DNA of 64,000 nt, from NCBI GenBank assembly GCA_045592785.1, contig JAZNVL010000017.1, forward strand, positions 1,505 through 65,504. Reading direction: 5' to 3'. Below, piece after piece: positions 59,900 through 64,000 of the stretch. The DNA is from Victivallales bacterium (lineage in GTDB: Bacteria > Verrucomicrobiota > Lentisphaeria > Victivallales > UBA1829). Below the pieces are notes generated by a model. The model did no database searches. It saw nothing but the letters and a program-made list of their open reading frames with translations, and had not been told where the DNA came from. How positions within the stretch are numbered: position 1 is the stretch's first letter; each line of letters begins with the position of its first letter. A program made the position numbers and the translations under genes.

Positions 59900-60793
59900 A
59901 TGTCAGATCCCTTACGGGAACTGTATCAGGTGATTCGCAACGGTGAAAAGTGGGGCGAATCACCTTATTTTTTCCCAAATAAAAACCTCCCGCTCCATGT
60001 CCGGCTGATCCATTGCGGTTTCGAAACCGTGGATGATCCGGCTTATTCCTATCAGGGTTTGAACCGCGGAAAAGCGGAGTTCTGTATCTTTCAGTATACC
60101 GTCGCCGGGGAAGGTGTCCTGGATTACGAAGGACGTAAATATACGCTGTCACCGGGGAAAGCGTTTCTGGTGCATGTCCCCCATGACCACCGGTATTATC
60201 TTGATGGCGGATCATGGACTCATTTCTTCTGTTCGTTCAGCGGAAAGGAGGCGTTCCGTATCCAGCGGAATATCGAAGCACAATGCGGTCCGGTACTGGA
60301 ATTCGCGGAGGATTCCGAAGCGATATGGTCCCTCCTGCGGATCATCCAGACGGTCCGGGCGAAAACAGATGGGATCGATGAGTTCAAACTTTCCGGCATG
60401 TTTTATTCCTTCCTGATGTCATTGAGCCGGGAAGCGTTTTCTGCACAGCAATCGTTCCACGACGAACGGAATCCGGATTTCATGAAAACGGTCTTGCAAT
60501 ATTGTCTGGAACACCTTGCCGACCCTGACATCGGGGTGGATGAGATGGCGCAGGCAGCAGGATACAGCAAATATCATTTCTCCCGGTTGTTCCGTGAGAA
60601 CCAGGGTGTTTCCCCCGGACAATTCCTGCGGGATCTGCGATTGCGTTCTGCGTTGCGTATGTTGCAGTTTGAGTTTTACAATATCAAAGAGATCTCTGCC
60701 CGGTGCGGGTTTACGGATGAAAGTTATTTCTGTCGTATATTCAAGGAAAAATTCGGGCAATCGCCGGGACAATTCCGGAAGCCCGGCGACTGA
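59900..60793 (+). CDS. AraC-family transcriptional regulator
   Basis: Cupin sensor (FQYTVAGEG) plus HTH MAQAAGYSKYHFSRLF...CGFTDESYFCRIFK. Confidence 0.93.
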   Translation: MSDPLRELYQVIRNGEKWGESPYFFPNKNLPLHVRLIHCGFETVDDPAYSYQGLNRGKAEFCIFQYTVAGEGVLDYEGRKYTLSPGKAFLVHVPHDHRYYLDGGSWTHFFCSFSGKEAFRIQRNIEAQCGPVLEFAEDSEAIWSLLRIIQTVRAKTDGIDEFKLSGMFYSFLMSLSREAFSAQQSFHDERNPDFMKTVLQYCLEHLADPDIGVDEMAQAAGYSKYHFSRLFRENQGVSPGQFLRDLRLRSALRMLQFEFYNIKEISARCGFTDESYFCRIFKEKFGQSPGQFRKPGD

Positions 60794-60852
60794 AAATCCC
60801 GTTGATTTTTGAAATAAAACGCATATTTTTTCAGTTTTTTTCTTTTTTCGGC

Positions 60853-60880
60853 TTGCATTTTAAAAAAAGAGTGATATATT
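60853..60880 (+). promoter_or_regulatory. tRNA-Asn promoter
   Basis: TTGCAT-N16-TATATT with TG extension and AT-rich upstream tract. Confidence 0.65.
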
Positions 60881-60896
60881 AGTCCCCATTAAACGC

Positions 60897-60971
60897 TCCG
60901 GCATAGCTCAGCGGTAGAGTAGGTGGCTGTTAACCACTTGGTCGTAGGTTCGAATCCTACTGCCGGAGCCA
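60897..60971 (+). tRNA. tRNA-Asn (GTT)
   Basis: Acceptor TCCGGCA/TGCCGGA, D arm GCTC/GAGT, anticodon arm GGTGG-CTGTTAA-CCACT, T arm GTAGG-TTCGAAT-CCTAC, G73, encoded CCA. Confidence 0.98.
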
Positions 60972-61121
60972 TTTTTATTTTAAAAATGCTCCAAAGGAGG
61001 ATCGATGTGGCACACATCGTTTTGCGAAGCAAAATCGAACCGTAAGAGGTTCGACGCGCAGCGGGACGACCCTCGGGAGTCAATCCTACTGCCGGAGCCA
61101 TTTTTATTTTAAAAATGCTCC
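60953..61121 (+). repeat. Perfect 40-bp direct repeat of the tRNA 3' end plus trailer, flanking an 89-bp hairpin-rich insert (tRNA-linked repeat element)
   Basis: AATCCTACTGCCGGAGCCATTTTTATTTTAAAAATGCTCC at 60953-60992 and 61082-61121. Confidence 0.92.
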
Positions 61122-61164
61122 GGATAGGTACGGATAAGTACGGATAGGTACGGATAAGTACGGA
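61121..61164. repeat. 10-bp tandem repeat CGGATARGTA, four full copies plus a partial
   Basis: CGGATAGGTA CGGATAAGTA CGGATAGGTA CGGATAAGTA CGGA. Confidence 0.95.
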
Positions 61165-61180
61165 GTTTTTTATAAACTGT

Positions 61181-61225
61181 CTGTTTCCGTCTGTTTCCGT
61201 CTGTTTCCGTCCGTTTCCGTCCGTT
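61181..61225. repeat. 10-bp tandem repeat CYGTTTCCGT, four full copies plus a partial
   Basis: CTGTTTCCGT x3, CCGTTTCCGT, CCGTT. Confidence 0.95.
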
Positions 61226-61258
61226 CTGCACAAAACTGCACTTCTATAAATATAATAC

Positions 61259-61286
61259 TTGAAAATTGCACAATACGATGTATATT
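61259..61286 (+). promoter_or_regulatory. Promoter of the glycosylation cassette
   Basis: TTGAAA-N16-TATATT. Confidence 0.55.
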
Positions 61287-61353
61287 ATTTAAAATAGTGC
61301 AAAATTGACGGATAAATCCGGGAAACGCGTGTTCGAAAGGAATAAAGTATAAA

Positions 61354-62883
61354 ATGAATTTGGATGAAATATTCTCCAAACTCCGGCAAATTTTCAAAGA
61401 TCCGGCAAAAGTATTTATGCTGGCTTTCATGTCGGGCATTGTGTTTTCAATTGTTATTCTGCTGTTTTGTACCAATATGTACCGTGACGTTTCTCATGTT
61501 TATGCCTATTTTGCGCAAGAAATGGGCAATGGCAACTGGTCGGATGGTTGGGTCGGACGGGTTCCCATGTTGAATATTCTTCTTTCCGGTGTACTGGCAC
61601 GAATGGGGCTTGATGCTTTCAAAGCGACATTGTTTGTCAGTTGTCTGTTTTATGTTCTGACCTTATATCCATTGCGTGCGTTGTTGCTCCGTTATCTTAC
61701 ACCGCTGCAAAGTGCGTATGGTTGTTTATTATACATCATGGCACCGAAAATCATTCGTTTTTCCACGTCCGGCCTTCTGGAATCGGGGCGTACCTTTTTT
61801 CTGATTGCTGCGTTGCTTTGCTATTTTCTTGCTGCGGAACGGAAACGGGTGAGAGATGGTATTCTGTTGGGCCTGTCGCTGGCGGGCTTATCCGTTGCCC
61901 GCGGGGAAGGGATCGGCATAGCAATTGCTTTGTTATTTGTTTTTCCGGTGTTTTCCATGTTGAAAGATGGCAAACAGTGGAAAAGTGAACTGCTTCGTAC
62001 CGTACGCATGACGTTGTTGACGGTATTTGTTTTTCTTGCGGGGATTTCCCCGTTCTGTGCGGTCAACTATGTGAAATACGGATCATTTGTGACAGATTTG
62101 CGTCTGGCGGAGAGTGTGCACCTCCGTCCCCACGGACCTCCGGCGGAGATCGCGATTCCGCGTGTGCAGGAGAAATTGACGATCGGCGAGCATTTTTCTG
62201 AAGTTTTCGGTGATATGCTCCGTGGCAGTTATGAAGTATATCTGCTGTTTGGTTTATTGGGGATCTTCCTCACATTCAAGGGGCGCAAATGGGGTTGGGA
62301 TCATACCTGTATTGCGGGGATCATCTTGCTTCATACGGCGATATATGTGTGTATCGGTTCTTCTTACCGTTACCATTTGTATATCATACCGCTGTGTATG
62401 ATGTTCACGGTTACAGGGCTTTCCTGTCTTATTGATTTTCTGGCAGCGAAAATTTCCAGTCTTCCGCAAGGTCGGAGGAATTTGTTGCGGGCGGGGGCAG
62501 TCCTGCTTTGTGTATTCCTGTTGATTGGTCAAATGGTCAATGGATTGCGGAATGCGGTGAATGATTCCCATGAAGAGGAAATCGTGATGGCGGAATGGTT
62601 GAAAGACTATCAGCAAAAAAATAAACCGGGCGAACGTTTACGGGTTGCGACCCGTGATTTTACGGCAGCGATTTATTACAGTGGAGCCCGTTCGGTTTGG
62701 AATTACAAGTTGTCGGAAGATGCAGAACTGCGATCGGCAGTCAATACATTCGATCTTCTGATCGCATCTCCCGAACGGAAGAATATCCTGGAATATTATC
62801 CTGACCTGGAGCCGGTTCCGGTTCCGGAGGGAGTGGAAATGCTTGTCTATCGTCATAAACAAACGACAGAGGAGAAGGAATGA
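61354..62883 (+). CDS. Polytopic GT-C fold (ArnT/PMT-like) glycosyltransferase
   Basis: YRDV..VYA after TM1, many TM helices, GLLES, ARGEG, YRY, soluble C-terminal domain; adjacent to GT2 and DUF2304. Confidence 0.7.
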   Translation: MNLDEIFSKLRQIFKDPAKVFMLAFMSGIVFSIVILLFCTNMYRDVSHVYAYFAQEMGNGNWSDGWVGRVPMLNILLSGVLARMGLDAFKATLFVSCLFYVLTLYPLRALLLRYLTPLQSAYGCLLYIMAPKIIRFSTSGLLESGRTFFLIAALLCYFLAAERKRVRDGILLGLSLAGLSVARGEGIGIAIALLFVFPVFSMLKDGKQWKSELLRTVRMTLLTVFVFLAGISPFCAVNYVKYGSFVTDLRLAESVHLRPHGPPAEIAIPRVQEKLTIGEHFSEVFGDMLRGSYEVYLLFGLLGIFLTFKGRKWGWDHTCIAGIILLHTAIYVCIGSSYRYHLYIIPLCMMFTVTGLSCLIDFLAAKISSLPQGRRNLLRAGAVLLCVFLLIGQMVNGLRNAVNDSHEEEIVMAEWLKDYQQKNKPGERLRVATRDFTAAIYYSGARSVWNYKLSEDAELRSAVNTFDLLIASPERKNILEYYPDLEPVPVPEGVEMLVYRHKQTTEEKE

Positions 62884-63638
62884 TGTCTGATTCTGCGGCG
62901 GCGAAGCCTTTTGATATGAGCAAAACGTTTCTCATCATTCCGTGTTACAACGAAGAGGAATGTATTGTTTCGACCCTCAAAGATGTGCGGAACAATCTGC
63001 CGGATGTTCGTATCGTGGTTGTGAATGACGGCTCTACGGACCATACATTACAGTGTCTGGAAGCGCAAAACGATCCGTTGCTGACCGTTCTTGACCTTCC
63101 GTGCAACTCCGGGATCGGCACGGCGGTCAAAGCCGGACTGCTTTATGCGAAACGCAACGGGGCGGAGTATGCGGTGAAGTTTGATGCTGATGGACAACAT
63201 CTTGCGGAAGAGATTTCGCTGCTGCTTGCGCCGGTGATGGATGGGAAAGCGGATGTTGCGATCGGATCCCGTTTTGTGGGCGATCACAAAGGATTCAAAA
63301 GCACTTTTTTCCGTCGGATCGGGATCCGGTTCTTTACGTTCTGGAGTTACCTGCTTGTCCGGCAGGCAATAACGGATTCCACATCGGGGTTCCGTGCGTA
63401 TGGACGTGAGGCACTTGTTTTTTCTGCGCGATACTATCCCGCCTTTGATTATCCGGAGCCGGAAGAATGTATTCAGCTGATCCGTAATGGGTTTCGAGTG
63501 AGCGAGGTGGCATGTAAAATGGCAGTCCGTCAGGGCGGAATATCATCGATTCATCCGCTGAAATCGTTGTATTATATGATCAAAGTAGCGTTTTCCATGT
63601 GTATGGAAGCGATCCGACCAGTCAAGAGGAGATCATAA
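62880..63638 (+). CDS. GT2 polyprenol-phosphate glycosyltransferase (DPM1/GacI/PpgS-like)
   Basis: IIPCYNEE, VNDGSTD, NSGIGTAV, FDADGQH, GSRF, DSTSGFRA, DYPEPE, RQGGISS; start may be 62916. Confidence 0.92.
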   Translation: MMSDSAAAKPFDMSKTFLIIPCYNEEECIVSTLKDVRNNLPDVRIVVVNDGSTDHTLQCLEAQNDPLLTVLDLPCNSGIGTAVKAGLLYAKRNGAEYAVKFDADGQHLAEEISLLLAPVMDGKADVAIGSRFVGDHKGFKSTFFRRIGIRFFTFWSYLLVRQAITDSTSGFRAYGREALVFSARYYPAFDYPEPEECIQLIRNGFRVSEVACKMAVRQGGISSIHPLKSLYYMIKVAFSMCMEAIRPVKRRS

Positions 63639-63640
63639 GT

Positions 63641-63976
63641 ATGAGCTTGGTTCAATATGTTGCCGGTTCCGCCAGTATTCTGTTCCTTTTTGTAGTGCTT
63701 TATTCTGTCTACAAGAAAAAGATTCAGGAAGCGTATGCGCTGATCTGGATCTTTACCGGATTGATCATGATCGTTTTTTCGCTTTCTCCATATCTGCTGC
63801 ATTGTTTTTCCCGTCTTGTCGGGATCAAAACACCGGCATTTGCCTTATTGTCTTGCCTGCTGATGGGGATTCTGTTTTTACTCTTCCAGGTGACTGTGGT
63901 GATTTCCCGCCAGAACGAGAAGATCAACCAGTTGATGCAGGAAGTTGCTATTCTGAATGAAATGAAAAAGAAGTGA
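63641..63976 (+). CDS. DUF2304 small membrane protein (GacJ/Rv3632-like)
   Basis: Three TMs, KKIQEAYALIW, LVGIKTPA, ISRQNEKINQLMQEVAIL coiled tail; directly after GT2. Confidence 0.85.
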   Translation: MSLVQYVAGSASILFLFVVLYSVYKKKIQEAYALIWIFTGLIMIVFSLSPYLLHCFSRLVGIKTPAFALLSCLLMGILFLLFQVTVVISRQNEKINQLMQEVAILNEMKKK

Positions 63977-64000
63977 AAATGAAACTCCCGGATCATTTGA

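Noticed and set aside
60953-61225. Repeats after tRNA-Asn as a CRISPR array
   Set aside because: Only two 40-bp copies, derived from the tRNA; the 10-bp arrays have no spacers; no cas genes.
60889-61233. 114-aa minus-strand ORF with a duplicated IFKIKMAPAVG
   Set aside because: It is the antisense reading of the tRNA and the repeats.
60953-64000. Complete prophage or ICE integrated at tRNA-Asn
   Set aside because: The two att-like copies enclose only 89 bp, and no integrase or phage gene is visible. A distal boundary beyond the window cannot be excluded.
63979-64000. Start of a further ORF (MKLPDHL...)
   Set aside because: Only seven codons lie inside the window, so it cannot be identified.

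Overview
This is a bacterial chromosome segment, mostly housekeeping. The host is Gram-negative and probably a PVC-superphylum member (Lentisphaerota/Victivallales-like). That assignment is inferred from gene content (RNase HIII, fused SecDF, long PPi-PFK, DapL, Pal, alpha operon without rpsD), not from a search. Contents in order: end of the alpha operon (rpsM-rpsK-rpoA-rplQ), a WecA-fusion operon, pfp-gatC-gatA, gmhB/ABC flippase/metG, rnhC, aminotransferase-lysA, mreB-tsaB-GHL10, yajC-secDF, ilvE-HTH-acyl-CoA ligase-FGE-mutS, pal, pepF, a four-gene redox/dehydratase operon, dapL-ilvB, DPSL ferritin, comF-accD, SRP RNA, hom-ask-mntP-lysR-MFS, GH20, mnmG, FKBP-araC, tRNA-Asn, and a lipid-linked glycosylation cassette running off the right edge. 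The most unusual structure lies just after tRNA-Asn. It is a 129-bp unit that duplicates 40 bp spanning the tRNA 3' end and encloses back-to-back hairpins, three with GNA triloops. Two facing 10-bp tandem arrays and an AT-richer GT-C/GT2/DUF2304 cassette follow. Other leads are a divergent type I dehydroquinase-fold enzyme heading a sugar/cyclitol-type redox operon, an ectoine-type aspartokinase coupled to hom, and a WecA fused to a CapD/WcaJ-type domain. No integrase, transposase, CRISPR array or rRNA was recognised. All annotations come from motif recognition by eye.
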